From Cyanophyceae cyanobacterium (GTDB lineage Bacteria; Cyanobacteriota; Cyanobacteriia; Cyanobacteriales; JBHJGN01), in contig JBHJGN010000019.1 of assembly GCA_050331735.1 (NCBI GenBank), positions 32,001 to 96,000 on the forward strand: a stretch of 64,000 bases of DNA, in the 5' to 3' direction. The notes below the pieces were generated by a model, which did no database searches, was not told the DNA's origin, and was given only the letters and a program-made list of their open reading frames with translations. A program made the translations under genes and the position numbers. Positions within the stretch are counted from its first letter, which is position 1, and every line of letters begins with the position of its first letter. Positions 39,586 through 50,136 of this stretch are shown here, in pieces.

Positions 39586-40389
39586 CTATTCTCCGGCTGA
39601 CCACGGTTTAGCAAAGGAAGGATACAGCGTTAAGCCCCCGTCAGCAAACAGGGTTTGACCCGTGATGTAGGCGGCATCGTCAGAAGCCAGAAATGCCGTA
39701 ATAGCGGCCATTTCTTCGGACGTTCCCACTCGGCCCATCGGAATTTGCTGCGCGATCTCTTGTTGCTTTTGCGGATCCTCTTGCCAGTTGTTAATCGGCG
39801 TTGCCGTCGCACCGGGCGCGATCGCATTGACGCGAATGCCCTGATGAGCGTACTCTAGCCCGAGGGTCTTCGTCATGTTTTCCAGGCCGCCCTTGCTGAT
39901 CGCATAGCTAACATACTGGGGTCGGGGAATGATTTCGTGAACGCTAGAGACATTAATAATGATGCCTCCAGTTCCCTGCTTGAGAAATTGTTGAATCGCT
40001 TCGCGAGCGCACAGGTACGCACCTCTCAAGTTTACGCCGATCACCTTGTCGAAGTCATCGGTTTCGACTTCATGGGAATCTTCTGCCATCTGAATCCCGG
40101 CGTTGTTCACGAGAATATCTAAACTGCCCAATTGCTCGACGACTTCCTTGCACATTCTGATAATATCGGCTTCTTGAGACACATCGGCCTGCACCAGAAT
40201 TTTGTGGGCCTCACCCCCACAAGCTTCTTCGATCATCGCCACCGTCTGGTCAGCCGATTCAGGGCCTTTGCGATGGTTAATCGCGACGCTCGCTCCTTCC
40301 TGGGCGAAGCGGACAGCGATCGCCTGCCCAATCCCAGAGGTGGCTCCCGTCACCAACACCTTCTTTTCCTTCAACCCTTTCATGCTCAA
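39586..40389 (-). CDS. Glucose 1-dehydrogenase-like SDR oxidoreductase
   Basis: TGATSGIG, NNAGIQ, SSVHE, YAISKGG, ITGQTLFADGGLTLYP. Confidence 0.9.
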   Translation of the reverse strand: MSMKGLKEKKVLVTGATSGIGQAIAVRFAQEGASVAINHRKGPESADQTVAMIEEACGGEAHKILVQADVSQEADIIRMCKEVVEQLGSLDILVNNAGIQMAEDSHEVETDDFDKVIGVNLRGAYLCAREAIQQFLKQGTGGIIINVSSVHEIIPRPQYVSYAISKGGLENMTKTLGLEYAHQGIRVNAIAPGATATPINNWQEDPQKQQEIAQQIPMGRVGTSEEMAAITAFLASDDAAYITGQTLFADGGLTLYPSFAKPWSAGE

Positions 40390-40552
40390 ACTCCCTTGCT
40401 TAATGCTCGTCTAAACACACTTTATCAGCTTGGTTATCCTTCACTGTTGATGATAAAAAACCTGCCACAAATCGCCAAGCAAAATGCCACTGCGATCGAG
40501 CAGGTTATTCGAGTCGTTATCGTTTAGGTCTTCGCACCAAAGCGACTGCTAC

Positions 40553-40975
40553 TTAGTCGATATCGAAGAAATCTTTGACCGAATCAACTAAACCTTCCGA
40601 TTTGTTTTCTAGTTCTGCCGTTGCTGCTCCCGCTTCTTCCTTGGCGTTACCAATCCCCTGCTTAAGCTTTCCTTTAGCTTGCTGCGCTGCGCCTTCGGTT
40701 TGTCCGCTGACTTGACCAACGTTGCGCTTCACCGTTCCTACTGCTTCGTCAATACCGCCTTCAACCTGTTCGCCAGTCCCAGATGCCGCTCGCTCGAGCA
40801 CGTTTGTTTCTGCCACTACAAAAGGAAGATCTTCTATAGTAGCGGCACGAGCGTTCATCATTGACCCGAAATTGCTAGTCCAGGCTACTGTAAACATCAG
40901 TAATAAAACGCCTGTTAATAACAGCTTTCTCCCTGTCTTCCAGAAATTGTCCATTGGTTGTCTCCTTTTAGCCAT
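40553..40975 (-). CDS. Exported CsbD/LEA-like stress protein
   Basis: Signal-like N-terminus then EG..Q.KGK..Q..G.AKE CsbD-like segment. Confidence 0.72.
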   Translation of the reverse strand: MAKRRQPMDNFWKTGRKLLLTGVLLLMFTVAWTSNFGSMMNARAATIEDLPFVVAETNVLERAASGTGEQVEGGIDEAVGTVKRNVGQVSGQTEGAAQQAKGKLKQGIGNAKEEAGAATAELENKSEGLVDSVKDFFDID

Positions 40976-40989
40976 TTTATCTGCTGTTA

Positions 40990-41033
40990 TTATTAGCGAT
41001 AGACCCTGCTTCAGTATTCACTCTTTGTATAGA
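40990..41033 (-). promoter_or_regulatory. Island motif site plus -10
   Basis: Minus strand TCTATA-CAAA-GAGTGA, 22 nt, TAATAA. Confidence 0.55.
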
Positions 41034-41128
41034 GATTGGCGATTCAAACGTTAAAAAACGTAGCAGTAGCTTAACTTTTGATCTCAATATTGTTTAAATA
41101 ACTACATAAACAGCATTTTTGCCTTTTT

Positions 41129-41172
41129 TGTATCTAAAGAGGGAGGCCAGACAGATCTTTTTTCGCTATTCT
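41129..41172 (+). promoter_or_regulatory. Island motif site plus -10 (CsbD gene)
   Basis: TGTATC-TAAA-GAGGGA, 22 nt, TATTCT. Confidence 0.6.
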
Positions 41173-41250
41173 AATGCTGGCGATTAGCAGCCTTACGGCC
41201 TGTAACTAATCGAAATTGATACCTTATATGCAGCTATATAGTTAGAGAAA

Positions 41251-41433
41251 ATGAGTACAGAAGATAGAGCAAAAGCAACGGCTAAAAATATCGAAGGAAA
41301 AGCGCAGGAGATGATGGGTGAAATTACCGGAGATCCCAAAGATAAAGCAGAAGGACAAGCCAAGCAAACTGAAGCAAAAGCTCGACATGCCGTAGAAAAT
41401 GCCAAGGATGAAGTCAAAAAAGCCATTGACTAA
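41251..41433 (+). CDS. CsbD family stress protein
   Basis: KNIEGKAQE..G.ITGD..DKAEGQAKQ.EAK.RH..E..KD. Confidence 0.9.
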   Translation: MSTEDRAKATAKNIEGKAQEMMGEITGDPKDKAEGQAKQTEAKARHAVENAKDEVKKAID

Positions 41434-41465
41434 CTATTAAGTCGAGCTTTCTCAGCAGATCAAGC

Positions 41466-41494
41466 TGCGTCTGGGTTAATAACACCCAGACGCA
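41466..41494 (+). terminator. Hairpin downstream of CsbD gene
   Basis: TGCGTCTGGGT-taataac-ACCCAGACGCA 11-bp stem. Confidence 0.6.
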
Positions 41495-41768
41495 AATTTA
41501 TTTGGAGGAATTCCTGGCTTCTGGAGAATAGCGTTTTTAAGTTTTCCTAAAATCGTGTTTCGACTGTTTTTTGTCTTAATCTTTAGCTGAAAAGCTTTGC
41601 GATTGACTTTGATGGAGAGGAGCGTCTGTTAACCACAGTCTGTTTAGATAGACAGGCATTTTTTTCAGAAGCGAGATCAAAGCAGAAGAATTAACATAGA
41701 GACAGTCAGCTCAATAGCTGAGCTGTTGGATTAACTATTTTTCTTAGAGATTGAATCAAGCCTAAATT

Positions 41769-42038
41769 ATGAAGGAACAAGACGTTCGCAAAGTCGCAGA
41801 AGCCGAACCAACCACGACTGGAGGAGATGTAGAAGCGGATCGCTACCAGGCGCAAGTAACTGGAGAAGAAGCCGTCGGCGGCCAAACGCCAACACCGGGA
41901 CAAAATGATGTAGACAAACTAGGCAGTTCCGCCGGCATAGAAATGGCGGATACAGAACCTTTGCCAGTGACGGAAAAACTGGCGGCTCGAGATGGCGATC
42001 GCTGGGAATTGGATGCGAATTCAGCAGAAGATCACTAG
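41769..42038 (+). CDS. DUF6335-like acidic small protein
   Basis: TGGDVEAD..QA..TGEEAVGG..PTPGQNDVD.LG...G, RD..RWELD..S. Confidence 0.78.
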   Translation: MKEQDVRKVAEAEPTTTGGDVEADRYQAQVTGEEAVGGQTPTPGQNDVDKLGSSAGIEMADTEPLPVTEKLAARDGDRWELDANSAEDH

Positions 42039-42091
42039 TAGGCAGGCGACGCTAGCTGGCCACCACGCGGGTGCTGACCTCAAGCCCCGCG

Positions 42092-42457
42092 TTACTTCGT
42101 GTAAACAGAGTTTAAAAGACGATCGAGAACGTTAGCTTGCTTGGCTTGCTCAACAGCAGAGTAAGTAACCAATTCGCCGACCTCGAGAATCACGCTTCCT
42201 TGCGGGTCAGTAACCCGAAGCTTGACAGGATAACCTAAAGCAGCTCTAATTAACTCTTCATGCTGACACCGCACTCCATAAGCTCGATCAGAACAGTTAC
42301 AGTTTACGGCCTTCCATAGCTGGTCCCAGACCTGCCATCGTTTGGCCACCTCTGCTAGAGCGGGTGTGATTTTTTGACGTTTGCCAATGAGCGGCGTACC
42401 GTGCTTGGTATAAATGGCTTGTTTGGCAATTTTGCCAACGATGCTGCTGTGCTGCAC
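42092..42457 (-). CDS. Hypothetical protein, duplicated module resembling C-terminal repeats of cyanobacterial PRC-barrel proteins
   Basis: Two similar halves: G..LI.K.Q.IT....E.AK / G.VILE.GE.VT...VEQAKQ..VLD.L. Confidence 0.6.
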   Translation of the reverse strand: MQHSSIVGKIAKQAIYTKHGTPLIGKRQKITPALAEVAKRWQVWDQLWKAVNCNCSDRAYGVRCQHEELIRAALGYPVKLRVTDPQGSVILEVGELVTYSAVEQAKQANVLDRLLNSVYTK

Positions 42458-42816
42458 TTGTGGACCTCTTTGAGCGGCAATACTGAATCTCCAGTGCCTG
42501 TTCCCAAGAATTGCTACTAGAGTTCCGAGCTGGCGATAAAAATTTACGCCGAGAAGCTACCTATTTTTCGCTTTTGTGTACCTATCATTAAAAAGTAATT
42601 TTTTGACAATTGAATCGCTCTTGAGTTATAAAAATTGGCGCTCTTTCCGCTCTGTCTTAACAATTTAAGCCTCCTTCTTAAGAGAGAGAAGCGTGTTGCT
42701 GGCTCACAAGAATAGTTTTTCACTAAGTAATTTGTGACCTTATTAAGCAGTGGAAATAACCCTGCCTTGCAGCAGGGCAGCGATTGTCTCCGTCAAATGC
42801 TCTTAAGACGGCCTAG

Positions 42817-43464
42817 CTATCTTAAATCTAAAGGAGAGCGCAGATACAAAGCTAAGTCGGTTTCTGGATCGATAGAAACCAATTCAGCCTCATTTCCCCC
42901 TAAAATCCAGCCAGCTAAAGCACCAATTCCGGCTCCTCCCAACACTTCTTCAACATTAATTTCGTCTCCAATGACGACGGCCAAAACGCTGGCCGCCGCC
43001 GCACCCACGGCAGCCCCCTCTAGAATGTCGCCAGCACTCGCGCCCCCCTCGACAACTTCAGTTCTAGTCACAATCTCAGAAGCCGCATCGAGGGGCTGAG
43101 GGCGGTTGGTATCAATAATAATTTCTTCGGCCACGAACCGAGAGCCATCACCCGCAGGCTCGATTTGACCCACTACCTGGCTGTCGTAGGGAATTAACAC
43201 AGTACCGCTTCGAGTTCTGACGTTAGCAGCTACCCTGAGGGTGAGGGGAACCGTTTCTTCCTTCGTCACTAAAATTTTTTCGGCCTCGTCATACCGAACG
43301 GGAATTTTGGTTCCTGCCGGAATGACGACTCGCTCTGGCGTGGTGACAGGAGTTCTGCGTTGTTCAGGAAATAGCTGAGCTAAAGCGCCCGTTGAAAGCA
43401 GGGGAGCCGCAGCAGTGGCCGCTATGGTGGTGAGAAGAAACGTTTTTGCAAGATGAGTAAACAT
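42817..43464 (-). CDS. Exported hypothetical protein with glycine-zipper-like segment
   Basis: Signal peptide, IPAGT.IPV, GAAVGAAAA..GAGIGALAG. Confidence 0.78.
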   Translation of the reverse strand: MFTHLAKTFLLTTIAATAAAPLLSTGALAQLFPEQRRTPVTTPERVVIPAGTKIPVRYDEAEKILVTKEETVPLTLRVAANVRTRSGTVLIPYDSQVVGQIEPAGDGSRFVAEEIIIDTNRPQPLDAASEIVTRTEVVEGGASAGDILEGAAVGAAAASVLAVVIGDEINVEEVLGGAGIGALAGWILGGNEAELVSIDPETDLALYLRSPLDLR

Positions 43465-43675
43465 TGATATAATCCTTAGCGAAAGAAAATACAGTCAGCA
43501 AGAGTTACATAAGCTGTAGCGATGTCAAGAGCGGTGCCATTCAAAAGCAGGTAGAATCGGGGCGACCGCTGCTTTTCTTTGTTTCTGTTTGACGGAGAGA
43601 AATTTAGCTTTGTTCCACAACAAACGGAATCGAAACTCATGTAGCACAATAAAGAGTGACGAGCGCAGGTCACGG

Positions 43676-45826
43676 ATGATGGGGAAACCACTCAGAAAAA
43701 CGATAGTGATTAGCTCAGGTCTGGCTCTAGTGGCGTTGATTGGAGTCATAGCCACTCCGCCAGTGCGGGAGTGGCTACAGCCAAGACCAATATCATCAAC
43801 GCGAGACCGCGCCTCGGCTGTCTTGCCTCTAGTTGGGTTGCCGGCTGAGGAGAGACGTGCGCAGCTAGAGAAAATCGCGGCGAGCGAGCGAGCGACCCTG
43901 GACCGCAGCCGCGCTCGCTACCTGTTGGCGATGGATTTCCTCAGAGACTATCAGGGCGGACCAGCGGTTGAGCAGCTTGAAAGACTCGAACAAGACTATC
44001 CAGTTTTAGCTCCCTACGTGCTCCTCAAGCGAGGACGCGGCTACGAGCTAGCCAACAACCGAGAACAAGCTCAGGAAATTTGGCAACAGGTCATCGATAC
44101 CTATCCAGATTCTCCCTATGCGGCGGAGGCTCTCTATCTACTGGGTCGTTCCAGCCCTGCTCCAGATTACTGGGATCGGGCGATCGCCGCCTTTCCCGCT
44201 CATCCTCGCACTCATCAGATCGTCCGGGAACGGCTGCAAGACGACCCCAATCAGCTCCCGCTGCTGCTGCTGCTGGCTCGCTATGACGCAGATGCTTGGG
44301 ATGTGCGCACCGTTCGAGACCGCTTAGCGGCAGAATACGCCTCTCAGTTGACCCCAGAAGACTGGCAGAGTATTGCCGATGGCTACTGGCAGCAGTGGGC
44401 TTACGATAAAGCAGCTCAAGCCTATGAGCAAGCCCCGGCTACGCCCCGTAATCTCTATCGACTGGCCAGGAGCCTGCACGTTGACGAGCAAGAGGACAAG
44501 GCGCGAGTAGCCTACCGGCGTCTAATCGACGAGTTTCCCCAGTCGCCTGAAACCGGATTGGGACTGCGGCGGTTGGCCAGCTTAGGATCGGGCAAAGAGG
44601 CTTTAACCTACCTAGACCGAGCGATTGCCTACCCGGATGAAGCCCCAGCAGCGCTGCTTGCTCAAGCGGAAATCCTCGACAATCTCGGCAGCCGCACCGC
44701 CGCTGCCGAAGCGCGGCAGACTCTTCTCGATAACTACCCCGATTCAGAGGCAGCGGCTCAGTATCGCTGGCAGGTGGCTCAACGCTACGCTGAACAGGGA
44801 AACTTAGCCAATGCCTGGCAGTGGGCGCAGGCGATCGCCACCAACAATCCCGACAGCAGCATTGCCCCGAAAGCCGCATTCTGGGTTGGCAAATGGGCGC
44901 AGCGTCTCGATCAGCAGCAAGAAGCTCATCAGGCGTTTGAACACGTCCTCGCTCGTCATCCGGAATCTTACTACGCATGGCGGTCTGCGGTTCTTCTCGG
45001 TTGGGAGGTGGGCGACTTCGATACGGTGAGGCAGATGGCTCCTGCTGTCTCATCACCCCTAGCGCGGACGGTTCCCCCGGCAGGGTCTGAGACGTTTCAG
45101 GAACTATATCGCCTCGGGGAGGATGGAGATGCTCGCCTGCTGTTTGAGGCTGAAATTGGCGATCGCGAGGTCACGGTGCCGGAACAGTTTACAGAAGCGC
45201 TGCTGCTCTCCTCTCAGGGAAACTATCTTCAGGCCATTAACCAGGTATGGAGCCTGCAAGAACGAGACTCTTCGGCAGAACAGCAGCAGTGGCAGGAGCT
45301 GCGGCAAACTCCGGCCTACTGGCAAACGCTTTTCCCCTTTCCTTTTAACGACACTATTCTGGCCTGGTCCCAAGAGCGTCAGCTTAACCCTTTGTTAGTA
45401 ACATCCCTCATTCGCCAGGAATCGCGCTTTGAAACGGCTATTCAGTCTCCGGTGGGGGCAACGGGCTTGATGCAGGTGATGCCCGCTACCGGCCAGTGGG
45501 TAGCCACTAACCTCGACCTCGAAGACTATTCTCTGAGCGACCCCGAAGACAATATCAACCTCGGAACCTGGTATTTAGACCATACTCATCAAACCTACAA
45601 CAATAACTCGTTGTTTGCCGTCGCGAGCTACAATGCTGGTCCTGGGAATGTTTCTCAGTGGATCGAGCGGTACAGCTTCTCTGACCCTGATGTTTTTGTC
45701 GAAAATATTCCGTTTCCTGAAACCAAAGGCTATATCGAGTCCGTCTTTGGCAACTACTGGAACTACTTACGCATCTACAACCCGGATGTGGCGGAGCAGC
45801 TATCCCGCTATTCCACTGAGGAATAA
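43676..45826 (+). CDS. Soluble lytic transglycosylase with TPR superhelix
   Basis: SLIRQESRF, GATGLMQVMP.T, ASYNAGPG, FPETKGY; ATG 43676 preferred. Confidence 0.93.
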   Translation: MMGKPLRKTIVISSGLALVALIGVIATPPVREWLQPRPISSTRDRASAVLPLVGLPAEERRAQLEKIAASERATLDRSRARYLLAMDFLRDYQGGPAVEQLERLEQDYPVLAPYVLLKRGRGYELANNREQAQEIWQQVIDTYPDSPYAAEALYLLGRSSPAPDYWDRAIAAFPAHPRTHQIVRERLQDDPNQLPLLLLLARYDADAWDVRTVRDRLAAEYASQLTPEDWQSIADGYWQQWAYDKAAQAYEQAPATPRNLYRLARSLHVDEQEDKARVAYRRLIDEFPQSPETGLGLRRLASLGSGKEALTYLDRAIAYPDEAPAALLAQAEILDNLGSRTAAAEARQTLLDNYPDSEAAAQYRWQVAQRYAEQGNLANAWQWAQAIATNNPDSSIAPKAAFWVGKWAQRLDQQQEAHQAFEHVLARHPESYYAWRSAVLLGWEVGDFDTVRQMAPAVSSPLARTVPPAGSETFQELYRLGEDGDARLLFEAEIGDREVTVPEQFTEALLLSSQGNYLQAINQVWSLQERDSSAEQQQWQELRQTPAYWQTLFPFPFNDTILAWSQERQLNPLLVTSLIRQESRFETAIQSPVGATGLMQVMPATGQWVATNLDLEDYSLSDPEDNINLGTWYLDHTHQTYNNNSLFAVASYNAGPGNVSQWIERYSFSDPDVFVENIPFPETKGYIESVFGNYWNYLRIYNPDVAEQLSRYSTEE

Positions 45827-46015
45827 TCGCTGCGCGATGGGGAAGGGGGAAAGGGAAAATTTGTCCCTCCGGGACGGGAAAAGGGTAAATAGTGACCAGT
45901 GACCAGACTATTAAGTCCCTTTCCCTCTTCCCGAAGTCAACGCAGCTCCCGTCGGCTTCCGGCGGAAGAACTTAACCTTGGCTCGTTTCCCCGCGCCAGG
46001 GGCACTTTCTTTGCT
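45827..46015. repeat. Modular heptamer/micro-hairpin dispersed repeat
   Basis: GGGGAAGGGGGAAAGGG, GTCCCTCCGGGACGGG, GTGACCA heptamers. Confidence 0.65.
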
Positions 46016-46017
46016 GC

Positions 46018-49017
46018 TTAGGGTAGTTGAGTCGAGGCTAGCTGACTGTAGGATTGGGTAACGGCGACCGAGCTCTCAGAAAGCTGTTTGGCCACGTCTG
46101 CGACTTCTAGAAGCGAGCGGTTGGCAACGCTTGCCGTCTGTTCTCCTAGCGTAGCCGATTGAGTAACTTGCTCGAGGAGTAAACTGAGGTGGTCGCTGAT
46201 GGCAACTAGCTGCGTCAGCTTGTGCTTTGTTTCTTCAACCGAGCGCGTTCCGGCAACTGCCTGCTGAGTGCCCGCCCTCATCGCTGCCACCACTGCCTGG
46301 TTTTCTGAGCGAATTTCGGTAATGCGCGGATCAATCTGGGCGATATTCGTGTTTAGCTGTCGCGTCAAGGCGATAATTTTCTGAGCAATGGCGGAAAATT
46401 CCTCGCCATTCTCGCCGAGTCGGGCAGCCTCGAGAGAGGCATTCGTAGCGTGGAGCTTCAGTTGAGACGTAATACTGCTCACCAGGGGCACCATCTGAGC
46501 TAGTTTCTGCAATAACGGGTCAAGGTCTTCTGCGCGGTCGGCAGCCTCATCTGCTGTTCTATGGATTCCTCCGAGGTCTTCGAGCGCTAAACTCAAGGTT
46601 TCTTGTCCGGGCCGGAGGAGCTGAGCGAGCTGTTCGTTTTGACTGTCTGCCTGACGCGTTAGGGCGATCGCCTCTCGCACCGCATCCATGACCTCTCGCA
46701 TCTGGCTATAAACGGTTGTTACCAACTCCATCTGACCCGCTGCCTCGTCTGCTATTCCCGTCATCGCGGCTTCGCTCCTGTGCAGCAGTTGGGTAACCTG
46801 CCGCGCGAGGGTTTCTTTCTGCTGGCGCTGTTGGTGGGAATCGGCCTGGGCCAAATCGCAGGCTTGCTGAACCTGAGCTAGCAGCCGAGCGTGATCGAGC
46901 GCAAATCCCACCTGGGTTGCCACTTGCGCAAACAGATCGATGTCCGTCTGCTGCCAAGAGCGAGGACCAGAACACTGATGAGCAATCAGTAACCCAAACA
47001 GGCGAGCATCTTTTAAAATCGGAGCCACGAGATTGGCTTTGACCGCTAGAGGCTCTAGCTGCCCCAGATAGCATTCTGTCAGATTGGCTTCATAAATATT
47101 GCTAATAGCGTGGACTCGGCCAGCACGATACTTCTCAACATAGCCTTCCTCAAAGCAGGGATCTTTGAGGTGGCGCTGGAGTGCTTTTGGCCAGCCAGGA
47201 AGCACTGCTTCGGCGACTACCGTTCCATACCAGTCTTCATCGAACTCATACACAATGACGCGGTCAGTTCTCAACGCTTTGCGAACTTCTCCTACCGTCG
47301 TTTTGAGAATATCCGCTTCTACTAACGATGCTCGGATGTGCCGAATAATTGAGGAGAACATCTGAGAGCGCGCTCCCTGAGTATCAACTCGCTGAAGTAG
47401 CCTCGCCTGATCCAGGGCAAAACCGACTTGGGAGGCAATTTGGGCAAAGAAATCGATCTCCGACTGCTGCCAATTTCTTGGCCAGGAGCATTGGTGCGCA
47501 ATCAGTAAGCCAAAGAGCTGATTTCCTTTGAGGATCGGTGCAACAAGGTTCGCTTTGACGGCAAAGGGTTCTAGCTGACGCAGATAGCACTCGGTTAAGT
47601 TAGCTTCATAGATGTTGTTGAGGGCATGAACTCGCCCGTTTTGATATTCATCGATGTAGCCTTCGGCAAAGCAGGGGTCTTTGATACTTGCCTGGAGTGC
47701 TTTTGGCCAGCCAGGAAGCACCGATTCGGCAACCACCGTTCCGTACCAGTTTTCGTCAAATTCATACACGATCGCGCGGTCAGCTCTCAGCGCTTTACGG
47801 ACTTCAATGACGGTCGTTTTAAGGATCTCGTCTTCGTAGAGAGATTCACGAATGCTGCGGGCAATTTGAATGAAAAGTTGAGCGCGATTGGCTTCGGCAT
47901 CTACTCGTCCTAACACTTGGGCGTAGGTCAAAGCGAAACCAGCCTGGGAAGCGACTTGAGCTAATAGATCAATGTCCAACTGTTGCCAAAAGCGAGGCTC
48001 GCTACAGTGATGAGCCATCAGCAACCCAAATAGCTGATTGTTTTTAAAGATGGGGGCAGAGAGACTAGCTTGGACAGCCAGTTGGTGGAGCGCTTCATGT
48101 TCCTCCTCGCTAATGCTCAGTTGAGCAACGTTGTCTACGACGAGAATTTTTCCCTGACGGTACTGCTCAATTTCTGCTGTGGAATAAGGGATTTGAATCG
48201 TTCTCGTTCCAATTTTCGGCAACCCAGGAACGGCTGATTCGGCAATGAACGTGCCAGTGTTGGTGTCTAAGCGAAGGATGACCACTCGCTCGGTATGGAG
48301 AGCTTTACGAACCTCATCAACAATCGTTTTTAAGACGTTCTCCTCCGAGAGAGACTCCCAGATACGGCGAGTCAGTTCTAAAACAAGCTGCGATCGCTCT
48401 GCTGCTTGATTCTGTTGCTTGAGGAGTTCTGTCAACTGTGCTTCTACTAGATGAGTATTGGTGGTCAATGTCGCCAGCTCATCTGCGGATCTGGTCGAAC
48501 TTTGACTTTGACGCAGCCGCTTAACGGTTTTAGCGGAGGCCTCAGCGGCGTCGAGGACGGGGCGAAGAGTTCGATAAACCAACAACAGAGCAACGACTCC
48601 CGCTAGAGTCGCGGTGGCTCCGGTTCCGAGCAATAGCAGAAATAGCTGCTGCTGGAGAGCAAATTCTGTTTCTTGCCAATCTAACGCGGTGGGCTCTGCT
48701 TGCTCAATCTGCTGTTCAATAGATTGGGAACTGACGTAGAAAACACTACCAACCACCAGCACTGGCAGCGTACTGACGGCTAGCGCCCAGGCGGTCGCCT
48801 TCTTTCTTAAACTCCACTGGCGCCGAGGAGAGTTGGACGCTGGTACGGCCCACGGAGAACGCTGCATTGTCGAGGTGGCGGCTGAGCGCTCGCTGGCGCT
48901 CGTCTGCTCGTGTCTATTTTGTGGCTCAGATTCAGCAGACTCGCCTGTAAAATGAGCCGCAGCAGCGACAGATTTAAGATTTTTCAGGGCTGGCTGAGAA
49001 TTGTGGTGATTGTCCAT
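46018..49017 (-). CDS. Cyanobacteriochrome methyl-accepting chemotaxis-like protein (2 TM, 3 GAF, MCP-like tail; PixJ-like)
   Basis: GAF2 and GAF3 carry KDPCF...LTECY; GAF1 lacks both Cys; C-terminal NASLEAAR.GE.G. Confidence 0.87.
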   Translation of the reverse strand: MDNHHNSQPALKNLKSVAAAAHFTGESAESEPQNRHEQTSASERSAATSTMQRSPWAVPASNSPRRQWSLRKKATAWALAVSTLPVLVVGSVFYVSSQSIEQQIEQAEPTALDWQETEFALQQQLFLLLLGTGATATLAGVVALLLVYRTLRPVLDAAEASAKTVKRLRQSQSSTRSADELATLTTNTHLVEAQLTELLKQQNQAAERSQLVLELTRRIWESLSEENVLKTIVDEVRKALHTERVVILRLDTNTGTFIAESAVPGLPKIGTRTIQIPYSTAEIEQYRQGKILVVDNVAQLSISEEEHEALHQLAVQASLSAPIFKNNQLFGLLMAHHCSEPRFWQQLDIDLLAQVASQAGFALTYAQVLGRVDAEANRAQLFIQIARSIRESLYEDEILKTTVIEVRKALRADRAIVYEFDENWYGTVVAESVLPGWPKALQASIKDPCFAEGYIDEYQNGRVHALNNIYEANLTECYLRQLEPFAVKANLVAPILKGNQLFGLLIAHQCSWPRNWQQSEIDFFAQIASQVGFALDQARLLQRVDTQGARSQMFSSIIRHIRASLVEADILKTTVGEVRKALRTDRVIVYEFDEDWYGTVVAEAVLPGWPKALQRHLKDPCFEEGYVEKYRAGRVHAISNIYEANLTECYLGQLEPLAVKANLVAPILKDARLFGLLIAHQCSGPRSWQQTDIDLFAQVATQVGFALDHARLLAQVQQACDLAQADSHQQRQQKETLARQVTQLLHRSEAAMTGIADEAAGQMELVTTVYSQMREVMDAVREAIALTRQADSQNEQLAQLLRPGQETLSLALEDLGGIHRTADEAADRAEDLDPLLQKLAQMVPLVSSITSQLKLHATNASLEAARLGENGEEFSAIAQKIIALTRQLNTNIAQIDPRITEIRSENQAVVAAMRAGTQQAVAGTRSVEETKHKLTQLVAISDHLSLLLEQVTQSATLGEQTASVANRSLLEVADVAKQLSESSVAVTQSYSQLASTQLP

Positions 49018-49575
49018 TGAACGTTCGTGGTTGGAAAGTCGGTGCTGAGGGTGCTGGGTATAGCTTCAGTCAACAGAAAAGCAAGAGGGCAGTGCGGATG
49101 GAGTTGAGTCGTCAAAGAGCCTTATCATCAATACTAATCGATGCTAGAGTCAGTCAGATGTTCGCTCGAGCGGCAATGTGCAGATTTTTTAGAGAGCTTT
49201 TTCAGCGGTAATTGTTTTCTGGGGCAATCATCTGCTCGATCTGGGGGTCAGCGGCTGCTAGTCGAGCGTAAGCTCCCCTGGAGTTTCCAAACCAGTAAGT
49301 TTACGCTGATAATCTTCAATAGAGAGCGATCCGGCTTGAGAAAACCGTGACTGTTGCTCCCACAATTCCCAAAAATAAGTCATTGTTGCTGGCTGAGATT
49401 CTGGTGAAGCCGTTTAACTGGGGAGAATTCTGGTAGAGTCAGCGAGTGAGTCAAACACCAACTTCTGATAGAATTGTAGTGAAATCGAATTTTAGCTCAG
49501 TAGCAAAGCTCAGTCGTTTTTGCCGTCGGTTCCTCAAAGCGCTTTCAAATTAGGCAGACGTAGCCGGGAAGTATA

Positions 49576-50010
49576 GTGATTGACCCCCCAACAATTTTGC
49601 TAGTAGAAGATGATTCTAACGATGTTTTGTTGATAGAGCGGGCTTTCCGGAAGGCAAACGTCAATACTCAAATTGAGATTGTGGCCGATGGCGATGAGGC
49701 GATCGCCTATCTAACGCAGCAGTCACTCGCTCGAAGCGACGCTCTGCCAGCACTCGTTCTCCTCGATCTCAAACTGCCCCGTCGTAGCGGGTTAGAAGTT
49801 CTAGAATGGGTTAGACAACAGCCCCTTTTGAAGCGACTGCTGGTAGTGGTATTAACCTCTTCTCGAGAAAGTCCAGATATTGCTCGGGCCTACGATTTGG
49901 GAGTCAACTCGTATTTGGTTAAGCCGGTTGTTTTTGACGATTTAGTAATTCTAGCCACCTATATTCATCAGTACTGGCTTGACTGCAACGAACAACCAAC
50001 CTTTTTTTGA
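49576..50010 (+). CDS. Single-domain response regulator (Rcp1-like)
   Basis: ILLVEDD, LLDLKLP, VLTSS, AYDLGVNSYLVKP, YW. Confidence 0.92.
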   Translation: MIDPPTILLVEDDSNDVLLIERAFRKANVNTQIEIVADGDEAIAYLTQQSLARSDALPALVLLDLKLPRRSGLEVLEWVRQQPLLKRLLVVVLTSSRESPDIARAYDLGVNSYLVKPVVFDDLVILATYIHQYWLDCNEQPTFF

Positions 50011-50136
50011 AGGGGCAGCAGTGACTGTGCTGTAGGGACGGTGTTGGTTCCCTCAGTAATGGCTGGTATAATCTGGCTAGAAGCATTGTTGGTGCGACCG
50101 GACCATCAACCCCTGTGAATAAAGTCTGTTGGCCTG

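Noticed and set aside
41632..42690. Further motif-like sites near 41637 and 42672
   Set aside because: One good half-site or palindrome but no -10 at 22-23 nt; too weak to count
44080..45902. Overlapping and antisense ORFs inside the transglycosylase (likewise inside psaAB, kinases and DUF2382 genes)
   Set aside because: Shadow frames of well-supported genes, with no recognisable motifs
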